In this document: in pieces, positions 44,560 through 61,460 of the stretch | How the letters are laid out: each line of letters begins with the position of its first letter | Numbering within the stretch: the stretch's first letter is position 1 | Assembly: GCF_006345805.1 (NCBI RefSeq) | Contig: NC_043004.1 | Location: 42,594,001 to 42,658,000, forward strand | Direction of reading: 5' to 3' | DNA length: 64,000 bases | DNA from: Octopus sinensis | Lineage: Eukaryota | Notes under the pieces: generated by a model | The model's input: only the letters and a program-made list of their open reading frames with translations | Told to the model about the DNA's origin: nothing | Databases searched by the model: none | Made by a program: the position numbers and the translations under genes

Positions 44560-45480
44560 AGATGGTATTGGCATATGATTGCCAAACGGAGAGCGAATGG
44601 AAGACCCAGATACAGATGGGTACGAGTACCTTAGGATTCTGGAGCTGGACCTTGGGATTCTGACTTCTGGAAGTCAAAACTCAACTAAAGGAACTTTGTG
44701 ACTGCCATCAATATATGGGATGTTTCTGTAATCCGCTATGGTCCACTCATCCGGAAAGGAACACGAGCAGAGATTAAATAACCCGATCGCGCTACCCGAA
44801 AGACAGTGACAATGCATGGTATCTTCCACCATAAATCGAATGTATAGAGGCTCTACATGAAGAGGTGTAAAGTTGGACATGGGTTGATTAGCGTACGGGA
44901 GTGCAGCAACACTGAAAGAAGAAACATGGTAGAATATTTGGTAAACAACAAACAAAACCTGCTACAACATGCTGCTGATATAGAGGTATTTATCAGAAAT
45001 GGACTTGTGAGTCCTAATGAATTCCGATCACGAATATCCAGTCAGAGAGAAGAAACTCTATGTTGGCTGGAAGTACGTGGTCAGTCCCAACGTAAAGCTA
45101 ACAATTTAAAAGACCAGAAAGCATCATGGCTCAGCAAGGGTAACCTAAAAGAGAAAACAAAAAGTCAATCATCGCTGCCTAGGATCAGACATTGGATACC
45201 AACTCAGTGTGAATGGATATATATGCCGCATAAGTGCAACGAACTAATGCAGAATGTGTAGGAAGAGGGTCGAAGCGTGATTCACATTGTTAATACTTGC
45301 AAATGTTTTGCGCGGAAAGTGTACAAGCGCAGTCACAACAAGAAAGTCCTAAAACGTCACTGGCCACTATGCGGCAGGTATGCATATGAGTTAACAGGTG
45401 CTTAGTACCAACATATAAAGCAATGGACGAAAAGGGAAGGCAAAAATCTCCCCAGAGGTAACAGAATATGCTTCAACACG
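44560..45480 (+). mobile_element. Old degenerate R4/Dong-like fragment (RT thumb to zinc knuckle)
   Basis: DGYEYLxILE, TRKTVTMHGIFHHKSN..RLYMKR..GHGLISV, WLSKGNLK, CRMC..HIVNTC..YKRSHN..HWPLC. Begins after an (AAT)n tract. Confidence 0.75.
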
Positions 45481-45538
45481 CGAACTCATATAAAGTATCT
45501 TGCAAACCAAATCCAAGACGAAATAAAAAATATATATG

Positions 45539-45627
<89 letters not shown>

Positions 45628-45648
45628 GTATATAATATATATATATAT

Positions 45649-45702
<54 letters not shown>

Positions 45703-45839
45703 GCATACATATGCATGCAAACATACAGATATACATATATATATATATATATATAATATATATATATATATACTTAAGTACACACACAGATACACACACG
45801 CACACACACACACACACACCACACACACACACACACACA

Positions 45840-45873
<34 letters not shown>

Positions 45874-47020
45874 TTAGTGCAACAAAAAATTCCTTTTCAC
45901 AGGCAGCCACAGTATGAAGACATACACCCAAATACCAATGCACGCTCTGGAAGTAACACTATGTGCTCTTTCAATCGAGATAAATATAAAACACACAATG
46001 AGAAGTAAGTATTTGTTTCTACCTATGTTAAAATTTGAAATTAGAGGACTTATAGTGCAATGATATTGATCCTTCATAACTGGTCTTCACTAACATATGC
46101 TTAAGGAAATGATGAAGTGAAGCGACAAAAAGCGCTATATGCATATTTCGATATTTCAAACTTTTTAATTTATACGATACATTACGCATTCTGATGAATG
46201 AATTATTCCTATACATGCATGGTGTATTTGTAACAACAAATGTACTGGTCACAGCTATGCCTCTGATTGATTACATGTATAATTTTGTCTTATAACATTC
46301 AAAGTTGGGCTACATACGCAACAGTAACATAAACGCTGACCTGTACACGTATATGAAATAATAATAGTTTGTAACACTAACGTTTTGTATAACAATGCTA
46401 ACTGTTTATAGACCGCTTGTATAAACATGAAGAGCAAGAAAAATTGAAGGACTAATACTAAATTGCCAATAACATCGACTCTGACATGAATCGTCTATTG
46501 TAAGTTATATTCAGCATTTGGTAATTAACGTCAAAATAAATTCAATATGGCGCCTGTTACTCATTATTCTGCTCTACACTTTCAGTTCAGTCCGTGTCTT
46601 TGAAAAGAATTATAGGCTTATCTCCCTTGCACATTTATTTGCATTGGAAAGTTGCGTAACACCGCTAGGCAGGAGATTTGAAGAGGATTATTCAAAACAA
46701 CGGGACGGAAAGAAAAACAGCATTTCACCAATAAATTCAGATAAATGACACGCGCATTATTTTCGATGGTTAATACATTTTTTTCTCATCTGGTTTTCGT
46801 TTATCCTAACAATTAAAACGCATTCTTATTGAGCTTTCAGTCTCCAAGTTATAAACACCATAAATATTTCTATCTTCTCAAGGTTTTATCTAATACGAAC
46901 TCGGTCTGAAATAAGAAGAGGTTTTATAAGATTTCTTGGCATAACATTATTGAATATAGATATTTATTTCTAAAATAGATTATATATACAGAATACATGC
47001 ATACATATATACATATATAC

Positions 47021-47053
<33 letters not shown>

Positions 47054-47165
47054 AAGAAAGAGAGAGATATGTATATGTATATATATGGCAGGTGTATGTT
47101 TTGGTGGGTGTCTAAGGGTGTGTATGCATATACGTATATATTCTGCATTTCTGTATATATATATG

Positions 47166-47240
<75 letters not shown>

Positions 47241-47242
47241 TA

Positions 47243-47286
<44 letters not shown>

Positions 47287-49136
47287 TTATGTATGTATAT
47301 ATAAGGTTTAAAGTGCCCATAATCTCTGTGTTATATCCAATAATTGCTTTTCAAATCCCCAACGTGTCACCGAGTAACAACCGACAGGCCATCACAAAAA
47401 TTCAACAACTATCAAATAAAACTCTTTATTGACGTTCAGACTTGGCTTTTCAACGTGGAGAATATCATAACTATTATTCTGTTGTTTTATTTTCTAATGG
47501 GCACGATAAATTCGCTAATTTTTATTTCATTTTGCATAAAGATGTGGTTGTGTTTAAGCCAACAATGTAAAAGATTTTTAATGAATTTTTCGGGTCGTAA
47601 ATCATCCTTCATATATTTTATTATATAATATTATTTTTAATTCATAAAACCAAAATTAATTTATTTTTCACTTAGATTTCAATAACTATTATAAAAAATT
47701 AAGGTAGGATTTGTGGCTTAAGAATTATGTTTCAAACAGTATGACTCTGTGCTATATTGCATTATACAGTATGTCTGGTATTTTCTGTATAGCACTGAGG
47801 TAACTAGTAATTTGTGACCAGAATAAAATATATTTAAACTCTGTAGGATGTCTTTTTATTACACATACATTGAAGATTTTCCGTCGTCAAATGTCTTCGA
47901 TAACAAGACTCAGTTACCAGAGGAATAAACGTGCATGTGATTTACAATTTCAGAAATAGATCTATGTTTAAATAAAGTTTCAGGGAGAATCAGCTCGGAA
48001 ACCAGTGCATTTGAATTGTAAATACAATTCATAAAATAATTATCTCTGAAATATTTTGACTAAGATTTACGTGACTCCGTTGCTTCTAAAGAACATTTTA
48101 ACCCTTCCAGGATACTGCGCATATGTATCCAAATATACGTACATACATATTTACATACAAAAATATATTTCTATTTATATCCATATTCGTATGTGTGTAT
48201 GTGTGTATGTATGACTGCATATATGTATGTTTGTTTATATGCACGTATGTATCCGTGTGTCTCTCGGTGTAACTCTGTATCTCTCCTTCTCTCTCACTCT
48301 CATATAAATTTATATATATATATATAATACAAATAATACAAAGAAAAAAGACTACACGCGGTATAAATAGGGGAAAAGTAAAATGAAAGATATATACATG
48401 CAAACAAATGACCTGAGGTGAAATTAATTAGTATAAAAATCATTATAGAAAGTTAAAGCCTTACCGATTAAATAAAGAGGTAACATTCATTAATCAATAT
48501 CAACCACAATTTAACACGAACACACAACTTAATACAAGACACTACTTACCTCAGAAATACCAATAATTCCACTAATCCTCATACATCCCATACCATTCAT
48601 ATTCTAGTAATCATATCCACCTTAATTGCATTCCTTTAAGAACTGTTTACCTCTGCATGCAATCTTTTTACTCAGGTACTATTACATTTCACATCTTTGG
48701 AAATCGGTGTTGATTCAAAGTAACTGCCCAGCTCTGACGTACCCGGTATGAGTTTGCCTTTCTATAATGATTCATACATATGCACATCGCCATGCGGCGC
48801 TGAATCATTCCAAATATACGGCAAATCGAAAAAGTGCGTTGTGAGCAGCGAGGCTTAAAATACACTCATGTAGATTTGAAACATTTCGGGTTTCCTCGCG
48901 TATCAGCTACAAAATTCTCATCGATACGATGATACATGTATATAGATTAATATACACATGCAGGTGTACATTTTTATGTGTGTGTGTGTGTGTGCGTGCC
49001 TATTTGTCTTTGCGAATATGCTTTGTATATTGACAGATTGTTAAGAAATGGAAGGAGCAGTTCAAAAACTGGAACATGAAGTAGTTGTAAGAAATAATAA
49101 AAGATATATAGGAAGATATGCACAACCATTTTATTT

Positions 49137-49277
49137 GGAGCTGTGTGTTAAGAAGCTTGTTTCCAGATCACATGGTTCTGGATTCAATCCCCATGCGTGG
49201 CACCTTGAAAAAGTGTCTTTCACTATAATCTCGGGCCGGCCAAAGCGATATGAGTGGATTTGGTGAAGGGAAATTGA
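49137..49277 (+). mobile_element. Degenerate 5' part of an OK-like SINE
   Basis: GCTGTGTGTTAAGAAGCTTG..CACATGGTTC..GCGTGGCACCTTG..GAGTGGATTTGGT. Confidence 0.7.
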
Positions 49278-49302
49278 ATAAGGTGTATATAGGTATATAT
49301 AT

Positions 49303-49418
<116 letters not shown>

Positions 49419-50636
49419 TACATATATATGTATACATATATATATGTGTGTGTGTGTGTTTGTGTGTTTATGTGTGTATATAATTTATACTTATATACTT
49501 GTAATAAATTTTGACAAACATAGTGATATAGAAGGAGTAGTTATATTTATAAATATGGGGGAGTAGACCTGACGATTGGGAGTGCGTAAACATAATGAGT
49601 TTTTGAATCAAACTTTGTGTCTTAACAATACAATACGTGCCCTCATGAAACACGTGTAGTCCGTAATATGGAAAATTTGGGGATTTTGAATATAAGTAGT
49701 AAGTATATTATTTAACAATTTTGGGCTAGGTTGAGAAAATATCATTTGGAGTTGATGACGTTGTGGGTGTTTCTATCTCTAACAATATATTGTTATATAT
49801 ATATACATAGGGAGACGCCATCATATACGTGCATATAATGCATGTATGAATATATGAATGACGTCCTATGAATACATGCAGAAACACACATATATATGCG
49901 TGTTTGTGTGTATGTATATTTGTATCTATATACATATCTACATATGTATATATGTATGTATCCTTATATAACTATGATGTGTTGAATTCAGGAGTTTGCT
50001 AACAAATTGGCATCCATATATTAATCTCCCATGCCAATGGAACATCCTTGGTTCATAAGTGGGGCGAAGTATTCAATGATGTCGGTGAATACATACACAC
50101 ATACGTACATGCATATATGCATGTGTATATACATATCTGTATCTTATTTCCTTAAGGAAGCGGATGATATATTAAACTAAAACCAAAATTTATTGCTATA
50201 GACAAAAGCAACACGGCAAGCAAAAAAGAGGTACTGCGTGATAAGTTTCCAGAGGAGACGCTTCTGCGTTTTCGGTGCATGACAATTGTTTCTGCATCAT
50301 CTTACTTACAATGTACGATTAAAAACATGGGCAATGGTTCTGAATAAAGAGTTTCCTGAATTCCATTTTCTATCTCACATATTTTTTATACACAAACACA
50401 CAGAGATAAACATATACAAAGACAGACGCATATGTATATATATATATATATATATAGATTAAATTAGAGATAAAACCACATTTAGGCAAATCAAACAGTG
50501 AAAATTATAAACCAATACATAGAAATAAAATTAATTTATGAAAAATTTATAAAATATAAAATTCAAAATTTAAATTATTTAAATTTAAAGTTAAAATTTA
50601 AAACATTATTTAAATTAATAATTTATACTCATAAAT

Positions 50637-51558
<922 letters not shown>

Positions 51559-51679
51559 CGTACAAGGCTTTCTCACTTCCCGAACGTTAAACTCATACAT
51601 CTGTTTGTTGTTTACACCCCCGTCTTCGTCTTTTGTTTTCTTGTAAATTCTCACTATATATATATACATACATATATGC

Positions 51680-51739
<60 letters not shown>

Positions 51740-52576
51740 TATATATGCGTATATATATATACCTACATATATATGCGTATATATATATATATGTATATAC
51801 ACACACATATCACTATATATATAAATATACATGTATGTATGTATATACATATACATACACACACATAAATACATATATGTGTGTGTGTTCTGTATGTATG
51901 CATATACATTTATACACACATATATATATATATATGCATATATAGCTACATACATTCAAGCACACAGAGATATATGTATATATATGTATACACACATATA
52001 TGAGTATGTGTGTGTCGGTGTATGTGCATGTGTGCATGAAGCGCATCACGTTCTTCTTACTCTACACATATCTGTGAATATGTCACTCAATATGTATGCG
52101 TTTATTGAATTTGCAAGCTAGAACACCATATTTCAAGTAAAAAGATGTGTCTTAAATATATACGATATTCCCGTTCCTTCTTCACTATATATAGTTACTT
52201 TCTGTTAATTTCTATTGCTTTAGATAATTTATAATACATTTATTTTGTTCATGTAAATTATTTTTGTTTATAAGTCTTGTGAAACAAACAGATTGACAGC
52301 CACATATAAAACACCATGTAAGTAAATTTCTCTATGCATACATAAATATATATCTTCATAAAAGCATACACAGGCAAATGCTAACTCATGGCAACACATT
52401 CAATAAAAAATAAAACAAATTATATATGCATAAATCTGAAAATAAATTCCACTTTGTAATTTACTACTACACATTCGTTTTTTGTTTCAAAGAATATACA
52501 TATACATGCACACACACACATATATATATATAAATATATATACACACATATATACACACACACACACACCACACAC

Positions 52577-52639
<63 letters not shown>

Positions 52640-53699
52640 CCATGCAATCGCCCATACATATCCATTTATATATATATCTAATCTATACACACACATATAT
52701 ATCGATAGATACATACATACATATATATACATACCCATATAATCATGTGTGTATATGTATATATATAATTGTTATGTTCTTTCATTTATAAAACTGAATA
52801 CGAACCATATTTAATGTATTTGTACTCGATATTGAAATGTTATTTTCTGTCAGACTGACGAAATTAAATTTCGGAGAAAGAAAATGAAGAAAAAACGCTA
52901 TGATGAATTATAGACCGGCTTGCAGTTTCAAATGGAAAGAAAAGCAGCTACTCGCACATCTAAAATATAAATGTATAAACAACTACATCAACACTAACAT
53001 AATATAATGCTCATTTTAGTAGCCACATTCGAATGATATATGGCGAATTATCCTACAAAAAGTAATTTGATTTCGGAGTGTATTCAGGATTTTGTCGAAA
53101 TTCTCTTTTGGAAAAATTCAATAGAGTAACAGAAAACTACACAAGCAGAAATGAAAATAACTGTTTCTTATCTTTTCAATTTTAATATCCTTATATAAAA
53201 GTAAAAGGCAAATTCTTGTTTTATTTCTATAATATTTTGTATTTTGTGGGAACAAGGCTTTGATCCTCCATACTCCATGTTTTTCATCTATATATTTTTC
53301 TTTGTCTTATTTGTTCGTTTCTTCGTATCTTTCATATCTACACCCACACAATAATCATCTTTCCTGTTTGATTTGCGATATTTATGGATTTCCTTACGTC
53401 CTGCCGCAGTTATTGCTCACAACAGCATTGCCCTTGATAGTGTCTTTATTATCATCTTTTCCATCGGCGATCACCGATGTCGTAGTGAACGAATCCTATC
53501 CTCCTCCTCCTTCTTCTTTTCCTCCTCATAATTTACCTCCTCAGCTTCATTATAATCATTAAAACTAGCATCACAACCAACAAAACGAAACAAAACAGCA
53601 CCACCAAAACCACCACAGTCACTACAACTAGCATGCTTTCTCTTACATTTTCGGTACTTGATTTCTTTTACTGCTTCCTTATTATTCTTCTGCATCTGC

Positions 53700-54490
<791 letters not shown>

Positions 54491-56056
54491 CTGAGGAAAA
54501 CAGATTTCTGTGATTATTTAAGACACGGTTATAAAAGTAATATATTGCACTAATAATTAACAAGAAACTGACAACATAAAAGCAAAATGGTGAAAACAAA
54601 ACAAAACAAAACAAAACAGAACTTTGATGGATGAAAAAAAGAATACGAAAATCAAGTATTTTATAAAATGGTAGAAAAAATATCAGAAAATAGGAACGAA
54701 ACAAAACACGAACAAAATAAAAAAAAAAAGATAGAAAATATTATGGCGTTCATTTATTCACCTTGTCAAAAGTAAGTGATATAAAGATTGAAACCACATG
54801 AAAAATTGCGTTCAATTTGGCTGTTTATTAAAATGGTTTCTCTCCGATCAGATTTACTGAGGTAGAACGGCGGTCTGCAACTAATTTAGGACAGAAGGAA
54901 ACAGTTTTTCGTTGTGGTGGGGGTGAAGAGGGGAAATGTTTCGAGATTCGTTTTAATGTCTATAAATATTTTTTTTTTAATAAAGTATTCACCAATGTCC
55001 GTTACTCTATATCACGAGAAAGTTTTATATTCGGATAACATGACTAAATCTACTGTTATGTAATTCTTAATATATATTCTTACTACAAGAAAATTCTTTG
55101 AATAGTACGGTTAACATTGTCTTAAGGATATGTTTGTAGAAATATAAATGAGTGTTGAACAATTGGGTAGGATATTTTAGATTTATTTTTATTTTTGGTA
55201 AATTAATTTCTACATCATTTTTTATTTATTTATGTGTCATAGATAAGAATTTTTCTTTTCTACTCTTTCATAAAATCAATATTTTGCCCAACACCTTCTA
55301 ATAGTTGCCATCAGAATATGAACAATTTTCTGTTCGATCACTTAAAACAGTGACTGCTAAATCTCCAGTAAAAGGTTTGTACAAGATTTAATTTGAGTGC
55401 TTAACATATGTGAAATAATTGTTTTCCTTTAATATTTTACAATGAATTCAATATCCTGATATAGTATTGGTTGATATTAAGATAAAATGCAGCGTAAGGC
55501 CTTTCACATACTCCAATAATACGTGGCAACCCAACATTTTCCATGAAATCCGACGGTTACTAAGCACTTTACAAAATATATCACGGTTAATTGATATGCT
55601 ATTACAATTAATAACAAAAAAAGTCTCCAGCATTGTTTTAACAAATTGTCTATGAATATTTCCTATACTTTTATTTAACGTTACAACTAGACATTTTTAA
55701 TGATTATATCCTGTACCAGAGCATAATTAGCCATGTGTTGTCTCCCTGCATTATTATATTATGCACTCTACTCTTCCAAAATTTACCTTGTTTTTTTTCA
55801 AGATTGTATTTCGGTGTTCGACGCCTTGTATAACCCTAAAACTTTACCTGTCTCAAGTGTTTGTATTATCTCATATTTCCCAATATAACGATGTAAAATT
55901 CGATATATTATGTGTTCTTAATTAAATTCGGCTAAAATGTTATTCTTATTTTATCACTTACATATTAAATGTAAATTCTGAACGTTGCACTATAATATTT
56001 ATACTTAAAGTGCGAAAACTTTCAAATTTGAAATTCCAAATGTTATTTTTCATTTT

Positions 56057-56483
56057 GGATCTTTTCGGTTTAAACGGCAGTTTTTAACATAATTTCTAGG
56101 TAACTAAAGAATTTTAAATTTCGTATACTGGTAGAATGTGTTTATAAAACATCTTTTTCTCTTGGCTTTATTGAGAAAATTTTATAGTTTGTAAGATATT
56201 TGTTGTTCTTTTTTCTGCAATTTCTGCAATTTCAACCAATCAAATACGTCTATTGAAGTAAAAAAAACATTCTGTGCCGTATGAATATGTCCCTCGTTTA
56301 AGAAACAGATTGGGTTTATTTACATTTGTGAAAAAAGATACCCTTCCCCCACCCCTAACCCTAACTCTAACCCTAACCCTAAAATAGATCGAAATGCAAT
56401 AGATCGATACTAGGATCATAATTATGGGTGACAATTTCATATGACACCGCTAGATAAAACTGCCGTTCAAATCGAAAAGATCC
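56057..56483. mobile_element. MITE with 28 bp TIRs and an internal (CCCTAA)5 tract
   Basis: GGATCTTTTCGGTTTAAACGGCAGTTTT / AAAACTGCCGTTCAAATCGAAAAGATCC; CCCTAA repeats at 56353-56382. Confidence 0.85.
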
Positions 56484-56847
56484 TTCTTTTTAAATATTCT
56501 ACTACGATCTTAATGGACAGTACCTGCGTTTTCTTATAGACATATTTTTTCATTACAGTACTGATTATTGCTGCTATCATTATTCGTAACATATCACATA
56601 TTTATATGGGACACACAATTTATGTGTGAAATAGATATGAGATATGGGATATAAACTATATATCGCATATTTATAACTCCATAAGATGTAAGTTTAGTTG
56701 TTATTAATATCTATACCCTTATAAAAATTCTGAACCCAAAATCATTAGTAATTGTTGGGAGCTGTGTGTGTAGGTGCTGGTGTGTGTAGGTATATAAACC
56801 TAAATATTGTGTACACATGGATATAATATGTGTGCCGGTATATATAT

Positions 56848-56926
<79 letters not shown>

Positions 56927-57624
56927 AGATTTGTATGTGTGTGGATATCGATATCTATATATGTATACCTATCTCTCTCTCTCTCTCTGTATATATATAC
57001 ATACACGTAATACACATAGACACATGCACACACACACGCATACATGTGTGTACAACTGTGTGTCAATCACTATGTATATATGCTACTTACAAGTAATGCA
57101 GCAATCTCACGAGTGCTATAAAGAGGAGGGTTATATTTTGAAAAGAAATAAAGAAGATGACAGCAATAAAAACGTAAATCGTTTGGTCTCGGTTTGAACT
57201 ACCATTATTCATTGCGTCAGCCAACATATAGAAGTACTCATTGGATATTATAATATTCTACGCAACATTCAATCATCATTAGCATCTGTACGGCAGCAAC
57301 GTAATTCTGAATCAAAAGTAAAATCTATCCGATGGCAGTGTATTATTTTCATCAACTGAAGGTCCTTCCGGAGGTTTCTCTTTTTCCAACACGAAGCTCT
57401 GGCAAAAAATATTTGATAACTATATTACACAGTTGACCATGTTCTGAGATGTGTAACTGTGTAAGCCAAATTCTTAAGCATTCCATTACGAAGTGTTCCT
57501 AATTGTGATATGTATATAATTAAAACAAACAAAAAACAAGAAAAACGACAACAAAAAACAACACGAGGACGTGGTACAGGCAAAGTATTAATAAGCGGCT
57601 CACAGAAGGAAAGTAAAAGCGGTA

Positions 57625-57659
57625 GTTTTACGCTTCGAGCAAAGCTCTTCTTCGGAAAC
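57625..57659 (-). ncRNA. Minimal PLE-type hammerhead motif (mutated core) in a pLTR-like repeat (~57520-57680)
   Basis: GUUU-CCGAAGA-a-GAGC(uuu)GCUC-GAAG-CGU-A|AAAC. U4C and A15.1G deviations. Confidence 0.55.
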
Positions 57660-57692
57660 AGGAGACATAGGAAAATCCAGCACACGCACACG

Positions 57693-57747
<55 letters not shown>

Positions 57748-57871
57748 CTGTGTTATTCACTATATGAAGACATGTACACACAAGGATGCAGAATAGATGG
57801 TCGGAAGAATTTATTATACTCATAGATATACAGTACTCAAATATTACAGTTCTATATTTAAGAGATAAGGA

Positions 57872-57907
<36 letters not shown>

Positions 57908-57908
57908 G

Positions 57909-59938
57909 TTCAGTAGTTTTATTTTTATAGCGTGCTTTCACGTCACTACCGAGCGCAGCTCTGTGTGCCTTGGGTATGTGCTGTGATTTGTTGTGATGCT
58001 CTGATGGTTATTGTATGGAAAGTGTTCTGCGTAGGATGTGTGCAGTGCCTAGTAGTGCACTGTTCTGTATGTTATATGTGTTTGTAAGTCCTGGTGTTTT
58101 TGTTATGTATTTGTCTGAATATTTTTTTATCATGCCTAATGCACCTACTATGATAGGAATTGTTTCTGTTTTCAGGTTCCACATTCTAGTTATCTCTATT
58201 TCCAGGTCTTTGTATTTTGAGAGTTTCTCCATTTCTTTTAGAGACACGTCATCTGCCGGTATTGATACATCAATTAGAAAGCATTTTTTTTCTTCATGAT
58301 CTCTGACAACTATATCTGGTCTGTTGGCCTTAATTTCTCTATCTGTGTGTATCGGCATATCCCAGAGTATGGTTGCTTTCTCGTTTTCTGTGACCTTTTC
58401 TGGTGTGTGCCTATACCATCTTTTTTCTGTTGTTATTCCATAATGTTGGCATAGCTTCCAATGTATGTAGGTTCCAACTCTGTCATGTCTGTGAATATAT
58501 TCCTTCTTAGCCAGGACTGGGCAGCTAGAGATAATATGATTTATTGTTTCTTGTCCATCTCCACATATTCTGCAGTTACTTGTAATATTTCTTTTCATTA
58601 CATGTTTTTGGTAATTTCTGGTGGGGAGGCTTTGGTCTTGTGCTGCAATTAAAAATCCCCCTGTTTCTGCTTTGAGTCCTGAGCTTCTCAACCATTGCTG
58701 GGATTTTTCTTTGTCTATTTCTTTTGCGTTTAGTTTAGTGCAGTATTTACCATGAAGGGGCTTTTCTTGCCATCGTTTTATCATGGCTCGTTGCTGTTCT
58801 ATTTTTAGTTTGGATTTCATTTGTTTTATAGCTTTTGTTGTTTCTTCATCATCTTCTTCTTCTTCTTTGTGTTTATTAGGTGGTATGATTTCTTGTTTGT
58901 ATTTGTCAGCTTCCTTAAATACTGAGAACAGTTTTTTGTTTTGCTCGTGTTTTGCTGCTATCTGGATCAGTTTTCCTTCCTTCTGAAGTAAGTATTTTTG
59001 CAGTCCTATGGTGGTTATTTTATAGTAGTTTTCCAGCTGTATAAGGCCTCTACCACCTTCTATACCTTGTATATATAGTCTTTCTATGTCAGATTTTGGG
59101 TGATGCATCCTAGATCCTGTCAGTATTTTTCTTGTTTTCCTATCTATTTTGGACAGTTCATTTCGTGTCCAGTTAAGGATATTGTAGCTGTAACTTATAA
59201 CTGGGACAGCTAAAGTGTTGATACCTATTATCTTGTTTTTAGCATTGAGCTCTGTTTTTAGTATTGATCTAACTCGTCTATAATATTCTTTTTTATTTTC
59301 TCTTTCATTTGTGTGTGTTGTGTCTTATCTAGTTCATGGATTCCTAAGTATTTGTAAGTTTGGCTTTGGTCTAATTCTTCTATTTCATTGGTTTTATCTA
59401 GTGTGATGTTGTTACTCTTAACTAGTTTTCCTCTTTTCATGGTTACTTTGGCGCATTTTTCTAATCCAAATTTCATATCTATTTCTTTGGTAAATCCATG
59501 AACTGTCTTTAATAGTGTTTCCAGCTGTTGTCATTTGCAGCGTATAGTTTTAGGTCATCCATATATAAAAGGTGGCTGATCGTTTTGCCGTAACATTTAT
59601 ATCCGCATCCAGTTCTATTTAGCATATCAGATAGAGGTGACAGTGCCAAGCAGAAAAGTAGTGGAGAGAGCGTGTCTCCCTGGAATATTCCTCTTCTAAT
59701 GGGGATGTCTTTGGTTTTCATGAGTCCCTCTTTTGTTTGGAGGTGTAGGACTGTTGCCATTTATTCATAGAGTGCTCTATGAATTTTATGATTGTTGGTG
59801 CTACTTTGTTAATGGCTAGTGTTTCGAGGATCCATGTGTGGGGGATGCTATCAAACGCCTTTTTGTAGTCAATCCAGGCCATACTGAGGCCTTTCTTCTT
59901 TCTGTGGCTGTCTTCAGTTACGGCTTTATTAATCATTA

Positions 59939-59940
<2 letters not shown>
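57909..59940 (-). mobile_element. 5'-truncated R4/Dong-clade retrotransposon (second family) inserted in (TAA)n
   Basis: AWIDYKKAFD, GIFQGDTLSP, YMDDLK, YKYLG, HHPKSD, AAQDQ, CRIC..HIISSC, RHD, RPDI..IDVSIP, KYKDL. (ATT)n on both sides. Confidence 0.92.
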
Positions 59941-60002
<62 letters not shown>

Positions 60003-60004
<2 letters not shown>

Positions 60005-60575
60005 GTTATTATAATATCGAAAACTACCTCAGGAATGAGAGCCCAGGTTCGAAGTTTTCCCAAGACATCTGTAAATAATGTTAAGAATGTACAAACAGAG
60101 TCGTACCAAATATTAAGCTAACCACTTGCGTGAGGCACGTGTTTTTCGGAAATAAAATTTAAGAGGTCGAACATGAAGCACGGGTAAATGCCTTATGACA
60201 GTAATGGGATTATATTGTGACAGACACATTATTAAATTTATATTCTTTTAAGCACATTTCTGATTATTTACATGAATATTAACTTGGAAGTGATATTAAA
60301 TGTTTAATATCCGCTGTGTAACATGACTTCGCTAATACTGTATTGTTCGCAATATTGTATTTCACATTGTATAATTCAAGTGGAGTAAAAGCCAAACACA
60401 TTAGAGTGTTTTATTTACAAAATCTACATTTGAAGGATATTTGTCCTCATCCTGTTTATTAACACAAATTTTCGGCTGATATACCCTCCAGCCTTCATCA
60501 GATACCTTGGGAAAATTTCGAAACTGGTTTCTTATTTCGTAGGTATTTTTCGATGTTGTTATTATTATTATTATT

Positions 60576-60614
<39 letters not shown>

Positions 60615-61460
60615 CTTGGTGTTTTTGTTGTTGTTGTTATTATTATTATTAAATTTTATTATTATTATTATTATTATTATATTATTATTATATTATTATT
60701 ATTATTATTATTATATTATTATTATTATTATTGTTATTATAATATCGAAAACTACCTCAGGAATGAGAGCCCAGGTTCGAAGTTTTCCCAAGACATCTGT
60801 AAATAATGTTAAGAATGTACAAACAGAGTCGTACCAAATATTAAGCTAACCACTTGCGTGAGGCACGTGTTTTTCGGAAATAAAATTTAAGAGGTCGAAC
60901 ATGAAGCACGGGTAAATGCCTTATGACAGTAATGGGATTATATTGTGACAGACACATTATTAAATTTATATTCTTTTAAGCACATTCTGATTATTTACAT
61001 GAATATTAACTTGGAAGTGATATTAAATGTTTAATATCGGCTGTGTAACATGACTTCGCTAATACTGTATTGTTCGCAATATTGTATTTCACATTGTATA
61101 ATTCAAGTGGAGTAAAAGCCAAACACATTAGAGTGTTTTATTTACAAAATCTACATTTGAAGGATATTTGTCCTCATCCTGTTTATTAACACAAATTTTC
61201 GGCTGATATACCCTCCAGCCTTCATCAGATACCTTGGGAAAATTTCGAACTGGTTTCTTATTTCGTAGGTATTTTTCGATGTTGTTATTATTATTATATT
61301 ATTATTATTGTTGTTGTTGTGTTGTTGTTGTTGTGTTGTTGTTGTTGTTGTTCTTGGTGTTTTGTTGTTGTTGTTATTATTATTATTTTATTATTATTAT
61401 TATTATTATTATTATATTATTATTATATTATTATTATTATTATTATTATCATTATTATTA
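60003..61460 (+). repeat. Near-identical 728 bp tandem duplication
   Basis: TTGTTATTATAATATCGAAAACTACC at 60003 and 60731. Confidence 0.95.
60461..60506 (-). ncRNA. Minimal hammerhead motif of the HHR-SINE (duplicate at 61188-61233)
   Basis: GGUAU-CUGAUGA-a-GGCUG..CAGCC-GAAA-AUU-U|GUGUU. Palindromic AAAUUU stem III; weak stem I. Confidence 0.55.

Noticed and set aside
55250-55700. Possible second piggyBac-like fragment (..LHF..)
   Set aside because: Only a three-residue motif; insufficient.
56353-56382. True telomere or chromosome-fusion scar
   Set aside because: Only five units, enclosed by the TIRs of a MITE.
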